39,386 nt of DNA from Myxococcota bacterium (GCA_040752415.1 JBFMGU010000081.1:1-39386); one strand, 5' to 3'. Positions 8,136 to 18,205 are shown, counted from the stretch's first letter. Numbers and translations: made by a program. Notes: generated by a model from the sequence alone, not told the origin.

Positions 8136-10589
8136 TCACGGCGGGCAGGTCACCAGGGTCCACCGGTAGGTGCCGTCGTTCTCACGGAGGAACGCTTCCG
8201 CGGAGAGGTCCACGGTGTACGCGATTCCCTCGCCGTCGAGTGACGTGCGGAAGTCCGCTTCGTCGAGCGGGGAGTACATCGTCAACATGATCGACGGGTC
8301 GGGGGCCGGGGTGGCGGTGACCAGGTAGACGCGGATGAGCGGCGCCAGGCCGTCGAACGGGAAGGGCGCCGTCTCACCGGCCTGGGCCACCCCCAGAGGC
8401 TGCGCCCCCACCGCGCCAAGCCACGTGGTGACCGCTTCCGTCGTGTCGGGTGCGTCGTCGTAGGGCGTGCCGTCGAGCACCAGGGGGGAGCCCGTGAGCG
8501 TCCACTTCTCGGGCACGTCGAAGGACAGCGTGCTGGTCAGGTCATCCAACTCGACAATGGGCACGTCCCCCGTCTGACCCGGCACGGCCCCCTGCGCCAG
8601 CACGATCAGATTCCAGCCCGCCGCGGCCGAGGTGCTGTTGGCCTTCTGGATGGGCGTTCCGCCGTTGGGCGTCAGCGTTGCCGTGACATTTCCCGCTGCG
8701 TCGCGCGACAGCGCCAGCACGTGGGGCACGTCGGGAGGCAGCGTGACGCTGGTGGGCCCCTCCGAGGCGGCGTCACCCATCAGCTCGAACAGGAAGACAG
8801 ACCCGCTGGGGTCCTGCGTACTGATTCGCGCGTCCGGACCCGGCATCTCGCCGCCGTGGGCGAGCGAAAGCTGGATGAACGCGCCGGCCGACGCGGAGGG
8901 AATGACGAACGTCAGCTCGACGTCACCCGCGCCCTGGAACACGGTGTTGTCCGGTGGCGAGGTGAGGTCCAGCTGGGCGGCCGGCCCCGGCTCGGTGGCG
9001 TCGTTGTCGACGAGAACGAGTCGCCCGTTGACGGCGTCCAGGCGCGCCCCGCTGATGTTCTGCCACCACAGCGCCGGGTCGGGCGGCGCCGAGAATGCGT
9101 CGTTGACCGCGACCGTGGTGGCGTCGCTGGTCTTGGTGAGGGAGGGCGGGTTGGGAGCGCCAGGAGCGACCTCCAGCGTGGGCGGGCAGACGCCCGACGA
9201 GGATCCCGACCCGCTGCTCGAGCTGCTCGCGCCACCGCTCGACGAGCCCGACCCGCTGCCCGAGCTGCTCGCGCCGCCGCTCGACGAGCCGGACCCGCCG
9301 GAGCTGCTGGAGGAACCCGAGCTGCTGGAGCTTCCCGACGAGACGCCGCCTTCGCACTCGGTGACCAGCTGGTTGCAGTGCGGGAACGTGTCGAACGCGT
9401 CGCAGATGCCGTCGTCATCCAGGTCCGACCGCGACGGGTCATTGTGGCAGCCGCGCTCCCCGTCCCCGCGCACCGGGCCGCACTGGCACTGGACCAGCTC
9501 GCGCCGGTCGTTGTCGCCATCGCCGTCGTCGTCGCAATCCAGGCGCTGGCCACCTTCCTCGCAGACGTCGTCCACGCAGCGGTCAAAGCACGCGGGTGGG
9601 GCCTGGGGATCGGGCTCGGGTCCCAGTGCCGAGCACAGGCCGTCCCCGTCCAGGTCCAGGCAACCCTGGGTGGCGCGCGCGCTCAGCACCACCGGCACCT
9701 CCTCCACCAATCCCGGCAGCACCAGCACACTGGGCAGGGTCACGTCCTGGAAAGACGGGTCCTCTGGGACCACGCGCAGCGCGTACAGGCCCACCGGCAC
9801 CACGCCGGAGAAGCCCTCCTCCACGACGGAGAGCGTGGCCGAAGCCTGGCCGCTGAGCGGGACCGTCTCCACCGTGGCGGGGCGGAGCGCACGACGGAGC
9901 GCGCTGGTGCTGGTGGAGGTGCGTACCGTGGGCGGACCGCTCACCGAGCCCTGCACCGTTCCCGTGGCACCGGCGGCGTCGTGGAGTTGCAGCAGCGCCG
10001 TCTCGTCGCGTTCGCCCGGCTCCAGCTCGATGACGATCGGGTCGCTGACCCCGGGCGGGCCCGCGGCGCCCACGGTCCACGTGCCTGCGCCCAGACCGCT
10101 GAAGCAGAAGCGCCCCTGCGCGTCCACGGCCCCGCGCGCGTCCGACCCGCGCAGCGCCACCAGCACGTCCTGGAGGCTGGGACCCGCCACGGTGCCACAC
10201 AGCGTGGCGGCGGGAAGAAGCGTCACGGTGCCCAGGTCCACGTAGGGCCGCTTGTCGCGTCCGGCGGGAATCTCCACGGGAATGAGCAGCTGGCGCGCCA
10301 GGTCGGGGACCCCGTCTTCGTCGGCGTCGTAGGTGAGCACCAGGGTGTGGCGCCCCTCGGGGAGGTTCCGGATGGTGAAGCGTCCGTCGTCACGACTGGT
10401 CCTGGAAATCACGGAGCCGCGGACCTTCACCCGCCCCCCCACCAGGGGCTGCTCCTTCCCGGAGCCTCCCGGCGGGATACCCACCAGCACGCCGGTGATG
10501 TCGCCTTCATCCAGCGCGATGGGTTGTGGTTGGAACGAGTAGACGCAGGCCGCCGGCAGGAGAGCGGCAAGGAGGACCACGGAGCGCAT
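8136..10589 (-). CDS. Secreted multidomain lipoprotein (carboxypeptidase-regulatory-like beta domains, Ca-binding DxDxDG/TSP3-like motifs, Ser/Gly linker)
   Basis: Lipobox LPAAC; DGRFTIRNLPEGRHTL and GRFCFSGLGAGTWTV; DLDGDG, DDDGDG, DLDDDGICD; long S/G linker. Confidence 0.7.
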   Translation of the reverse strand: MRSVVLLAALLPAACVYSFQPQPIALDEGDITGVLVGIPPGGSGKEQPLVGGRVKVRGSVISRTSRDDGRFTIRNLPEGRHTLVLTYDADEDGVPDLARQLLIPVEIPAGRDKRPYVDLGTVTLLPAATLCGTVAGPSLQDVLVALRGSDARGAVDAQGRFCFSGLGAGTWTVGAAGPPGVSDPIVIELEPGERDETALLQLHDAAGATGTVQGSVSGPPTVRTSTSTSALRRALRPATVETVPLSGQASATLSVVEEGFSGVVPVGLYALRVVPEDPSFQDVTLPSVLVLPGLVEEVPVVLSARATQGCLDLDGDGLCSALGPEPDPQAPPACFDRCVDDVCEEGGQRLDCDDDGDGDNDRRELVQCQCGPVRGDGERGCHNDPSRSDLDDDGICDAFDTFPHCNQLVTECEGGVSSGSSSSSGSSSSSGGSGSSSGGASSSGSGSGSSSGGASSSSSGSGSSSGVCPPTLEVAPGAPNPPSLTKTSDATTVAVNDAFSAPPDPALWWQNISGARLDAVNGRLVLVDNDATEPGPAAQLDLTSPPDNTVFQGAGDVELTFVIPSASAGAFIQLSLAHGGEMPGPDARISTQDPSGSVFLFELMGDAASEGPTSVTLPPDVPHVLALSRDAAGNVTATLTPNGGTPIQKANSTSAAAGWNLIVLAQGAVPGQTGDVPIVELDDLTSTLSFDVPEKWTLTGSPLVLDGTPYDDAPDTTEAVTTWLGAVGAQPLGVAQAGETAPFPFDGLAPLIRVYLVTATPAPDPSIMLTMYSPLDEADFRTSLDGEGIAYTVDLSAEAFLRENDGTYRWTLVTCPP
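9208..9291. repeat. Two tandem 42-bp repeats encoding the Ser/Gly linker
   Basis: 9208-9249 and 9250-9291 differ at 3 positions, followed by a partial degenerate copy. Confidence 0.75.
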
Positions 10590-10681
10590 GAAGCGAAGGC
10601 TCCATTGGTCTCGGCGGGGCGGTCAACCGCGCACCGTGGACCCGGTTTCCCCCCCGGCGCCTTGTCGTGGCGCGCGGTGGC

Positions 10682-10882
10682 TCAAACCCGTTCCGCGGCG
10701 TCGTGGTGGCGCGGGGGCGGCGGGAGCGGGGCTTCGTCGGGCCCACTGTCAAGGGCCTGAATGGAGCGCTTGAAATTCCGCAGGCCCAAGCCGACCGCCT
10801 CCCCAAGCTGTGGAATCCTGGAAGCGCCAAAGACCATCACGAGCACAACAAGCAGCAGCACAACCTCACCGGTCCCGAACAT
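10682..10882 (-). CDS. tatA: Twin-arginine translocase TatA/TatE subunit
   Basis: MFGTGEVVLLLVVLVMVFGASRIPQLGEAVGLGLRNFKRSI has the TM helix, FG hinge and amphipathic helix ending in FK. GAGAGG RBS. Confidence 0.9.
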   Translation of the reverse strand: MFGTGEVVLLLVVLVMVFGASRIPQLGEAVGLGLRNFKRSIQALDSGPDEAPLPPPPRHHDAAERV

Positions 10883-11184
10883 GGATGCCTCTCGTCGTGG
10901 GCGTTTCCGGCTGGGCCCCGAACCGGGAAAAGCACGGCGCGCCACCGCATGGAAAGTGCCGCTCTGGTGTCGCACCGCGGCGGGCATTCCTTCCCTTTTT
11001 CATCGCCCGTCGGGAATCCCCGGAGCGTCCTCACGACGTCACCTGGGGGCCTGCGGAAACGCGTGATTCTTTCGGAAGGAAGTCCCAGCTCCCGCCGACC
11101 TCCAGGGAGAACGCCGGATGGTACCGGCCAGTGGTCACGTCCGCGGTTGGTCCGCGCGGTTCAAGCGGCCGCATTTGGAGAACC

Positions 11185-12298
11185 ATGCCCATGTTTCCAA
11201 GACGAAAGTCTGAGCTCACGGTGTTGGGTCACGCATTCACTCGACGGGATGCCATCAAGAAGATGGGGCTCGGGTTGGCGCTGGTGCCGGTTGCTCGCGC
11301 GCTGGGATGCGCTTCCGACGCCACCACCGGGGGAACGGCGGACGGCGGCGCTGCGGATGCTGCTGCGGGACACGACGCCAGCATGGAGGCCTGCCGACGC
11401 CGCGGTGGCCGCGGATGCTGGGACCACGCTGACCGGCTGGGCCACGGGCGGGACCGCCGCCATGACCGCGATTGCGTCCTATCCCAATCCCTTCAACGGA
11501 GCTGCGCCGAGCACCTGTGAGGTCATCTGCCAGACCACCATCGGGCCGTGCCACACCACCTCCCCGGAACGGCAGGATGTGAGCGACGGGTGGGACGGCA
11601 TCCCGGTGCGGCTGTCGTTGCGCATTCTCGATTCCGCGTGCCAGCCGGTGTCGGATGCCGTCGTCGAGATTTGGCACACCAATTACCGGGGCATCTATTC
11701 CGGCCGCATCAATGCCATGTGCAATACGGCGGAGGAGGATCGCGCTGCCCAGTACTTCCGGGGCTACCTCCGGACCGATGACGACGGGCGCGTCGATTTC
11801 AATACCTGCTTCCCGGGCTGGTACTCGAGCCGCTGCGTCCACATCCACGTGCGCATCATGACGGGTGACTACAACGCGTCCGACAACGCCACAGCGGAAG
11901 TGATCACCCAGCTGGTGTTCTCGGACGAGCTGGTCCAGAGCGTCTTTGGCAATGAGCCGCTGTACCGGGATTTCGGACAGCCGGACACGTTGCTGGCCAA
12001 CGACAACGTCGTGGGCGGGGAGTCCGACCGCAGGCCCTACATCCCGGACATCGCCCGGATGAGTGACGGCGTCATGCTGGCGTCGAAGACCATCATCATC
12101 CGACAGAGCACCGCCGAGGAACTGTGTACGGCCCAGGGTGGCGGGAACATGGGTGGCGGTTCCTCGGGCGGGCCGCCGGGACCCCCGGATGGCGGTTTTG
12201 GTCCGCCGCCCGAGTCCGACGGTGGCTTTCCTCCGCCGCCAGGCTTTGACGCCGGCAGCTCGGGCGCGGACGACGGTGGCGGCGAAGACGCGGGTTGA
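11185..12298 (+). pseudogene. Tat-exported lipoprotein of the intradiol ring-cleavage dioxygenase family, split by a +1 frameshift near 11389 (pseudogene or sequencing error)
   Basis: One frame (ATG 11185, GGAG RBS) has FTRRDAIK...ARALGC. The +1 frame has the catalytic domain EIWHTNYRGIYSG, FRGYLRTD, FPGWYSSRCVHIH, TQLVF. Confidence 0.75.
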
Positions 12299-12360
12299 GC
12301 CGCTGATGACGTCGTCACGGACGTCCCGGGCTCACGCAGCGGGATGCGGCCGGTGCGGCG

Positions 12361-12471
12361 GAACAATGTGCCTGTGGCGATACCGACGGTCGCCTGATCC
12401 GCATCACGTGGGCAGTGGGACAAGCGTGGGGGGGTTAGGTGTTCGCCGGCCTCGCCACAGGCACATTGTTC
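12361..12471. repeat. Perfect 20-bp inverted repeat with 71-bp spacer (MITE/REP-like)
   Basis: GAACAATGTGCCTGTGGCGA (12361-12380) is the exact reverse complement of TCGCCACAGGCACATTGTTC (12452-12471). Confidence 0.85.
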
Positions 12472-12564
12472 TGACGCAGCCCCAACCTGGCTGCCGCCAC
12501 GTCACGACCGCTTCCCCCCTTCTTGTATCCCGCCCGTGGCGTCGGTAAGCACGCTGTCGTCGCC

Positions 12565-13560
12565 ATGGACCTCATCACCTCCACGGAAGCAGGCCTCTAT
12601 TGCGCCGCCGGTGACTTCCACATTGACCCGTGGATGCCAGTGCCCCGCGCCGTCATCACCCACGCCCACGCCGACCACGCGCGACCCGGTTGCGGCGAAT
12701 ACCTGTGCGCCGCCCCGTCGGTGCCGCTGCTGGTGCGTCGGCTGGGGCCGGAGGCGCGCGTGACCGGCTGGCCGTATGGGCACGTGGAGACCTTGGGCAG
12801 CGCGCGCGTCTCCCTGCATCCCGCGGGGCACATCCTGGGGTCCGCGCAGGTGCGCGTGGAGCTTGGTGGCGAGGTGTGGGTGGCCTCCGGCGACTACAAA
12901 CAGGCTCCCGACGCCACCTGCACGCCCTTCGAGCCCGTGCGCTGCGACGTGTTCATCACCGAGGCCACGTTCGCCCTGCCCATCTACCAATGGGACCCGC
13001 CCGAGGCGGTGTTCCAGCAGATCCACGCGTGGTGGAGCGCCAATGCGGCGGAAGGTCGCGCGTCCATCCTGTTCTGCTACGCGCTCGGGAAAGCGCAGCG
13101 CATCCTCCACGGCCTCATGGCCCACACCGACAAACCCGTGCTGGTGCACGGCGCCGTGGAGGGAATCACCCAGGTCTACCGCGAAGCAGGCGTGCCCATG
13201 CTGCCCACGGTTCCCGTCGTGGAGGTGGCGCGCGGGACCAGTCACGCCGGTCAACTCATCCTGGCGCCCATCAGCGCCGCGGGTACGCCGTGGATGAAGC
13301 GTTTTGGTGATCACCGTCGGGCGCTGGCCTCCGGGTTCATGCGCGTGCGCGGCAATCGTCGTCGACGCGCCGTGGACCGCGGCTTCGTCCTCTCCGACCA
13401 CGCCGACTGGCCGGCGCTCCTGGACACCATCCGTGCCACCGGCGCTCGCAAGGTCCTGACCACGCACGGCTACACGCACACGCTGGTGCGCTGGCTCAAC
13501 GAGTCCGGCGTGGAGGCGGCGCCGCTGGCCACGCAGTTCGAGGGTGAGGCGGACACATGA
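12565..13560 (+). CDS. Ligase-associated DNA damage response exonuclease (metallo-beta-lactamase fold)
   Basis: HIDPW.PV.RAVITHAHADH, AGHILGSAQ, SGDYK, EATFALP, YALGKAQR, SDHADW. ATGA overlap with the ligase. Confidence 0.92.
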   Translation: MDLITSTEAGLYCAAGDFHIDPWMPVPRAVITHAHADHARPGCGEYLCAAPSVPLLVRRLGPEARVTGWPYGHVETLGSARVSLHPAGHILGSAQVRVELGGEVWVASGDYKQAPDATCTPFEPVRCDVFITEATFALPIYQWDPPEAVFQQIHAWWSANAAEGRASILFCYALGKAQRILHGLMAHTDKPVLVHGAVEGITQVYREAGVPMLPTVPVVEVARGTSHAGQLILAPISAAGTPWMKRFGDHRRALASGFMRVRGNRRRRAVDRGFVLSDHADWPALLDTIRATGARKVLTTHGYTHTLVRWLNESGVEAAPLATQFEGEADT

Positions 13561-15155
13561 AGCGCTTCGCCCAACTCTATGAGGAGCTGGATTCCACGAC
13601 GTCGACCAATGCCAAGGTCACGGCGATGATCGGCTATTTCCGTCTGGCGCCGCCGGATGATGCGGCGTGGGCGCTGTTCTTCCTGACGGGACAACGCCTC
13701 AAGCGTCTGCTGTCCGGTCGCCTGCTCGCGGACTGGGCCATGGAGATGCGGGGCATTCCCAGCTGGCTCTTCTCCGACTGCTACGAAGCGGTGGGTGACC
13801 TCGCCGAGAGCGTGGCGTTGCTGCTGGCCGGGAGGCTGGAGACGGAGCCCGGCGCGGAGCTGAGCCTGGGGCAGTGGATGGAGACGCGCATCCTGCCGCT
13901 GGTGGAGGTGGACGCGGAGGAGCAGAAGACCCGCGTGACGTCGTGGTGGCGGGAGCTGGGGGCGCGTGAGCTGTTCATGCTCAACAAGGTCCTCACCGGG
14001 GAGCTGCGCGTGGGAGTGAGCCACACGCTGGTGACGCGCGCCGTGGCCAACGTGGCGGGCGTGGATCCCGCGGTGATGGCCCACAAGCTCATGGGCACCT
14101 GGCGACCCACCGCCGAGTTCTTCACCTGGCTCACCAGCGGCGACACCGCCCACGCCGACGCCTCACGTCCCTATCCCTTCTGCCTGGCCACCCAGCTTGA
14201 CCAGGACGTGCGTGAGCTGGGCAACCGCGCCGACTACCAGGCCGAGTGGAAGTGGGACGGCATCCGCGCGCAGATCCTGCGTCGGGATGAGCTGCACATC
14301 TGGTCACGCGGGGAGGAGCTCATCACCGACCGCTTCCCGGAGCTGCATGAGCCCGCCATGCGCCTGCCCCCGGGCACCGTGCTCGACGGGGAGATCGTGG
14401 CGTCGCTGGGGGGACCGCCGCTGCCCTTCCAGGTGCTGCAGCAGCGCATTGGTCGCAAGAAGCTGACGCCGCAGATCCTGGCCAGCGCCCCCGCCGCGTT
14501 CCTGGCCTACGACATCCTCGAGGAGGGTGGCACCGACCTGCGCGGCCTGCCCCTGCGGGAGCGACGTGTCCGGCTGGAGGCACTGGTGCGCCCGGTGGGT
14601 CCTCCGTTCTCGCTCTCCGAGGTGATCACCGCGCCGGACTGGGATGCGCTCACCGCGCTGCGCCGGGAGTCGCGCGAACGGAGCGCGGAAGGACTCATGC
14701 TCAAGCACCTGGGCTCGCCCTATGGCACGGGGCGACGTCGAGGTGACTGGTGGAAGTGGAAGATCGACCCGTACACCGTCGACGCGGTGCTGATCTACGC
14801 TCAGCCGGGCAGCGGCCGGCGCTCCAACCTCTTCACCGACTACACCTTTGGCGTGTGGCATGAAGGCAAGCTGGTCCCCGTGGCCAAGGCCTACTCCGGG
14901 CTATCGGATGCCGAAATTGCGGAGATGGACCGGTGGATCCGGGGTCACACCGTGGAGCGCCACGGCCCGGTGCGCGCGGTGGAGCCGGTGCATGTCTTCG
15001 AGCTTGCGTTCGAGGCCATTGCCGAATCCTCCCGGCACCGCTCCGGGATTGCCCTGCGGTTTCCCCGCATGGCGCGGTGGCGTCGGGACAAGCCCGCGTC
15101 CGAGGCCGACACGCTGGAGCGCGTCCGGGCCCTGCTCAAGGCTCACCAGGGCTAA
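13557..15155 (+). CDS. ATP-dependent DNA ligase (ligase/exonuclease damage-response type)
   Basis: Motif I EWKWDGIR, LDGE, AYD, EGLMLK, WWKWK, OB-fold LRFPR. Confidence 0.95.
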   Translation: MKRFAQLYEELDSTTSTNAKVTAMIGYFRLAPPDDAAWALFFLTGQRLKRLLSGRLLADWAMEMRGIPSWLFSDCYEAVGDLAESVALLLAGRLETEPGAELSLGQWMETRILPLVEVDAEEQKTRVTSWWRELGARELFMLNKVLTGELRVGVSHTLVTRAVANVAGVDPAVMAHKLMGTWRPTAEFFTWLTSGDTAHADASRPYPFCLATQLDQDVRELGNRADYQAEWKWDGIRAQILRRDELHIWSRGEELITDRFPELHEPAMRLPPGTVLDGEIVASLGGPPLPFQVLQQRIGRKKLTPQILASAPAAFLAYDILEEGGTDLRGLPLRERRVRLEALVRPVGPPFSLSEVITAPDWDALTALRRESRERSAEGLMLKHLGSPYGTGRRRGDWWKWKIDPYTVDAVLIYAQPGSGRRSNLFTDYTFGVWHEGKLVPVAKAYSGLSDAEIAEMDRWIRGHTVERHGPVRAVEPVHVFELAFEAIAESSRHRSGIALRFPRMARWRRDKPASEADTLERVRALLKAHQG

Positions 15156-15244
15156 GCGCAGGGCGCGGGTGTCCCACCTCTCACACGTTGTGCATCCCCC
15201 GGCGGTCACGGATACAGTCGCCGCGCTTCGAGGGGAGAGCGAGC

Positions 15245-17995
15245 GTGTCCACGGGCGACGCCAGATACCGGGCCATCTTCCAAGGCGCCCCGGATGCCAT
15301 GATCCTGCTTGAGCCAGGCACCGCCCGCGTCCTGGAAACCAACGCCGCCGCCGTCCGCCTGTGGGGTGAGGACGGCACCCGAGGTCTCTGGGACCGCTGC
15401 GGCACGGATGTGTCGGGGCGCCTGCGCGCGTACTGCCAGCGGGCTCCGTCGGAGGGCGCGCCGTTCCGGGAAGAGGCGCGGGTCCGCGTGGCGGATGGCA
15501 GCGAGCTGAGCGTGGAGCTGGCCGCCAGCTGGATTGAGGACGCGCACGGAATGGCCGTCCTGTTGACGTGTCGTCCCGCCGCGCCACGCTCCTCGGAGCG
15601 CTTCCTCCGTCACCAGCAGGCGCTCCTTGAGCTGCTCCGCACCGCCGACGCGGACCTGGATACCGCCATCCGTCGCATCACGGAGGTGGACGCGCGCACC
15701 CTTGGCGTGGAGCGTGTCAGCGTCTGGTTCTTCAACGCGGACCATACCGAGCTCCGCTGTCACAGCGCCTACCATCAGTCCAAGGGCAAGCACATGGCGG
15801 GCCCCACGCTCACCGCCGCGGACTACCCGCGCTACTTCCAGTCCCTCCAGCACACCCGCATCCTGGCCGCCCGTGACGCCCGCACCGACGTGCGCACCAG
15901 CGAATTCACGTCGGGCTACCTGGAGCCGGAAGGCATCACGTCCATGATGGATGTGGCGGTGTGGCTGCAGGGCCGGGTCGTGGGTGTGGTCTGCCATGAG
16001 CACATGGGCCCCATGCGGGAGTGGCAGAAGGAGGAGGAGGCGTTTGCCTCGGCCATTGCGGACATGCTGGCCGTGCAGCTGGAGGCCCAGGAGAAGCGAC
16101 AGGCGCAGGAGACCACGCAGGACCTGCAGAACCGCTTCCGCGTCATCTTCGAGGAGTCGCTGGACGCCATCGGGGTCTCCGTGGCGGGCATCCACGTCGT
16201 GGTCAACGCGGCGTACCTCAAGATGTTCGGCTACGACTTCGCCAGTGAGCTGGTGGGCGTGCCCATTGTGCAGCTCATTGCCCCCAGCGAACGCGAGTTC
16301 ATCCAGGAGCGCGCACGCCTCCGCGCCGAGGGGAAGCCCGTTCCCGGCGTCTACGAGACCCGCGGTCTGCGCAAGGACGGCACCGAGTTCGACATGGAGG
16401 TTCATGCCTCCACCTACCCGTCGGGCGGGCGGAACTACACGCTGGTGATCCTGCGCGACATCACCGACCGCAAACGCTTTGAGCAGGAGCTGGCGTTGTC
16501 CGTCTCCCTCCTCCGCGCCACGCTGGAGGCCACGTGGGACGGCGTGCTGGTGGTGGACAACAGCGGCCGCATTGCCACGTTCAACCGGAACTTTGCGCAC
16601 ATGTGGCGCATCCCGGAGCACGTCCTCGCCACCAACTTTGACCAGCACGTGCTGCGCTACGTGGTGGACCAGCTCAAGGACCCGGAGGCGTTCCTCACCC
16701 GCGTGCAGGAGCTGTACGCGCACCCGGACCTCAACAGCTTTGACGTGCTGGAATTCAAGGACGGGCGCGTCTTCGAGCGGTACAGCCGCGCGCAGGTGGT
16801 GGAGGGCCGCAGCGTGGGTCGCGTGTGGAGCTTCCGCGACGTCACCGAGCGCGCCCGGCTGGAGGAGCAGTTCCGCCAGGCGCAGAAGATGGAGGCCATT
16901 GGTCGCCTGGCCGGAGGCATTGCGCACGACTTCAACAACCTGCTCACCACCGTCATGGGCTACGGCCAGACGCTCCTGGACGAGCTCCCCAGCGACAACC
17001 CCTTGCGCGGCAACGCCGAGCAGGTCCTCCACGCCGCCCAGCGCGCCGCCGACCTGACCTACCAGCTCCTGGCGTTCTCCCGTCGTCAGGTGCTGCAGCC
17101 GCGCGTGCTGGACCTCAACACCGTGGTGTCCGACCTGGGCAAGCTGCTCAAGCGCGTCATTGGTGAGGACGTGCACATGACCACGCGCCTGGCATCGGAC
17201 CTGGGCTTCGTACGGGCGGACCCCGGTCAGATTGCGCAGGTGATCATGAACCTGGCGGTCAACGCGCGGGATGCCATGCCGCGGGGTGGGCGACTCACCG
17301 TGGAGACGCAGAACCTGGAGCGCGTGGAGGGCGTGGAGATTGCCGGGCCGCTGGTCATGCTGGCCGTCACCGACGACGGCGTGGGCATGGATGAGACCAC
17401 GCTGAGCCGCATCTTCGAGCCGTTCTTCACGACGAAGGAGATGGGGAAGGGCACCGGGTTGGGGCTGTCCACGGTGTACGGCATCGTCAAGCAGAGTGGT
17501 GGGCATATTGGCGTCTCGTCGCGTCCCAATGAGGGCGCCAGCTTCCGCATCTACCTGCCGCGTGTTGCCGCCGAGGCCGCCGACGGTCCCACCGAGCTGC
17601 AGCTGACGCGGGAGTCGGGACATGGCCAGGCCACCGTGCTGCTGGTGGAGGACGAGGACGCCGTGCGGCTCCTCATCCGTCACGTGCTGGAGAGCCGCGG
17701 CTACCGCGTGCTGGTGACGCGCGACGCCGACGAGGCATTGAAGGTCAGCTCCCGCCACGACGGAAACATCGACCTGTTGCTGACCGACGTGCTGTTGCCG
17801 CAAATGGATGGTCACGAGCTGGCCAAGCGGCTGGGCGAGGACCGGCCGGCGATGAAGGTGCTGTTCGTCTCCGGTTATCCCAGCGACTTCATGGGTGACG
17901 GGCAGGGCCTCCCGCCGGGCACGAACTTCCTGCAGAAGCCCTTCACGCCCCTGGTGCTGGCGCGCGCGGTCCAGGACGTGCTGCGGCGTCCGTGA
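15245..17995 (+). CDS. Hybrid sensor histidine kinase (PAS-GAF-PAS-PAS-HisKA-HATPase-REC)
   Basis: H box [35 protein letters not shown]-terminal REC (VEDE, LLTD, KPF). No TM seen. GTG start 15245 inferred from an AGGGGAG RBS. Confidence 0.92.
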   Translation: MSTGDARYRAIFQGAPDAMILLEPGTARVLETNAAAVRLWGEDGTRGLWDRCGTDVSGRLRAYCQRAPSEGAPFREEARVRVADGSELSVELAASWIEDAHGMAVLLTCRPAAPRSSERFLRHQQALLELLRTADADLDTAIRRITEVDARTLGVERVSVWFFNADHTELRCHSAYHQSKGKHMAGPTLTAADYPRYFQSLQHTRILAARDARTDVRTSEFTSGYLEPEGITSMMDVAVWLQGRVVGVVCHEHMGPMREWQKEEEAFASAIADMLAVQLEAQEKRQAQETTQDLQNRFRVIFEESLDAIGVSVAGIHVVVNAAYLKMFGYDFASELVGVPIVQLIAPSEREFIQERARLRAEGKPVPGVYETRGLRKDGTEFDMEVHASTYPSGGRNYTLVILRDITDRKRFEQELALSVSLLRATLEATWDGVLVVDNSGRIATFNRNFAHMWRIPEHVLATNFDQHVLRYVVDQLKDPEAFLTRVQELYAHPDLNSFDVLEFKDGRVFERYSRAQVVEGRSVGRVWSFRDVTERARLEEQFRQAQKMEAIGRLAGGIAHDFNNLLTTVMGYGQTLLDELPSDNPLRGNAEQVLHAAQRAADLTYQLLAFSRRQVLQPRVLDLNTVVSDLGKLLKRVIGEDVHMTTRLASDLGFVRADPGQIAQVIMNLAVNARDAMPRGGRLTVETQNLERVEGVEIAGPLVMLAVTDDGVGMDETTLSRIFEPFFTTKEMGKGTGLGLSTVYGIVKQSGGHIGVSSRPNEGASFRIYLPRVAAEAADGPTELQLTRESGHGQATVLLVEDEDAVRLLIRHVLESRGYRVLVTRDADEALKVSSRHDGNIDLLLTDVLLPQMDGHELAKRLGEDRPAMKVLFVSGYPSDFMGDGQGLPPGTNFLQKPFTPLVLARAVQDVLRRP

Positions 17996-18013
17996 CGTCG
18001 TCGTCGAGAAGTT

Positions 18014-18116
18014 CACCATCCCAATCCCCATCCCGGAAGTCAGCGGGGGCCAGGCTGGCGCGGTCCTGCGCGTTTGGGATGGGGAGAGGGAGAGGGAGAG
18101 GGAGAGGGAGAGGGAA
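18014..18116. repeat. Intergenic hexamer repeat: degenerate CCCATC arm and GGGATG(GGGAGA)5GGGAA arm
   Basis: Five perfect GGGAGA units at 18082-18111 and seven GGG tracts in total. A partly complementary CATCCCAATCCCCATCCC arm lies at about 18017-18034. Confidence 0.8.
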
Positions 18117-18205
18117 GGCTCCGCTGGGCACCCGGGCGCCGCCGGGGATGGCGCGAGGGTTGCCCCGCCGGGTACAGGGGCGCGGGAATCACTGGAGAAG
18201 CACCC

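Noticed and set aside
10890..11180. Possible riboswitch in the tatA/dioxygenase intergenic region
   Set aside because: No cobalamin, TPP, SAM or other conserved riboswitch core could be matched by eye.
10667..11184. N-terminal extension of the 543-aa ORF 10667-12298
   Set aside because: It overlaps tatA on the opposite strand and looks non-coding; the real N-terminus (Tat signal with RBS) is in another frame starting at 11185.
12455..12475. Possible LexA/SOS box upstream of the exonuclease-ligase operon
   Set aside because: Only a GTTC/GAAC half-site matches; it fits neither GAAC-N4-GTTC nor the Myxococcus-type box and is explained by the inverted repeat.
14933..15244. Upstream extension of the hybrid kinase ORF
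   Set aside because: It overlaps the 3' end of the ligase gene; PAS-like sequence starts only after GTG 15245.
15206..18031. Long antisense or alternate-frame ORFs (e.g. 15206-18031, 3132-5312, 21652-24315, 34656-37256, 31393-33219)
   Set aside because: Shadow ORFs expected in high-GC DNA opposite genes with clear family motifs; their translations show no recognisable domains.
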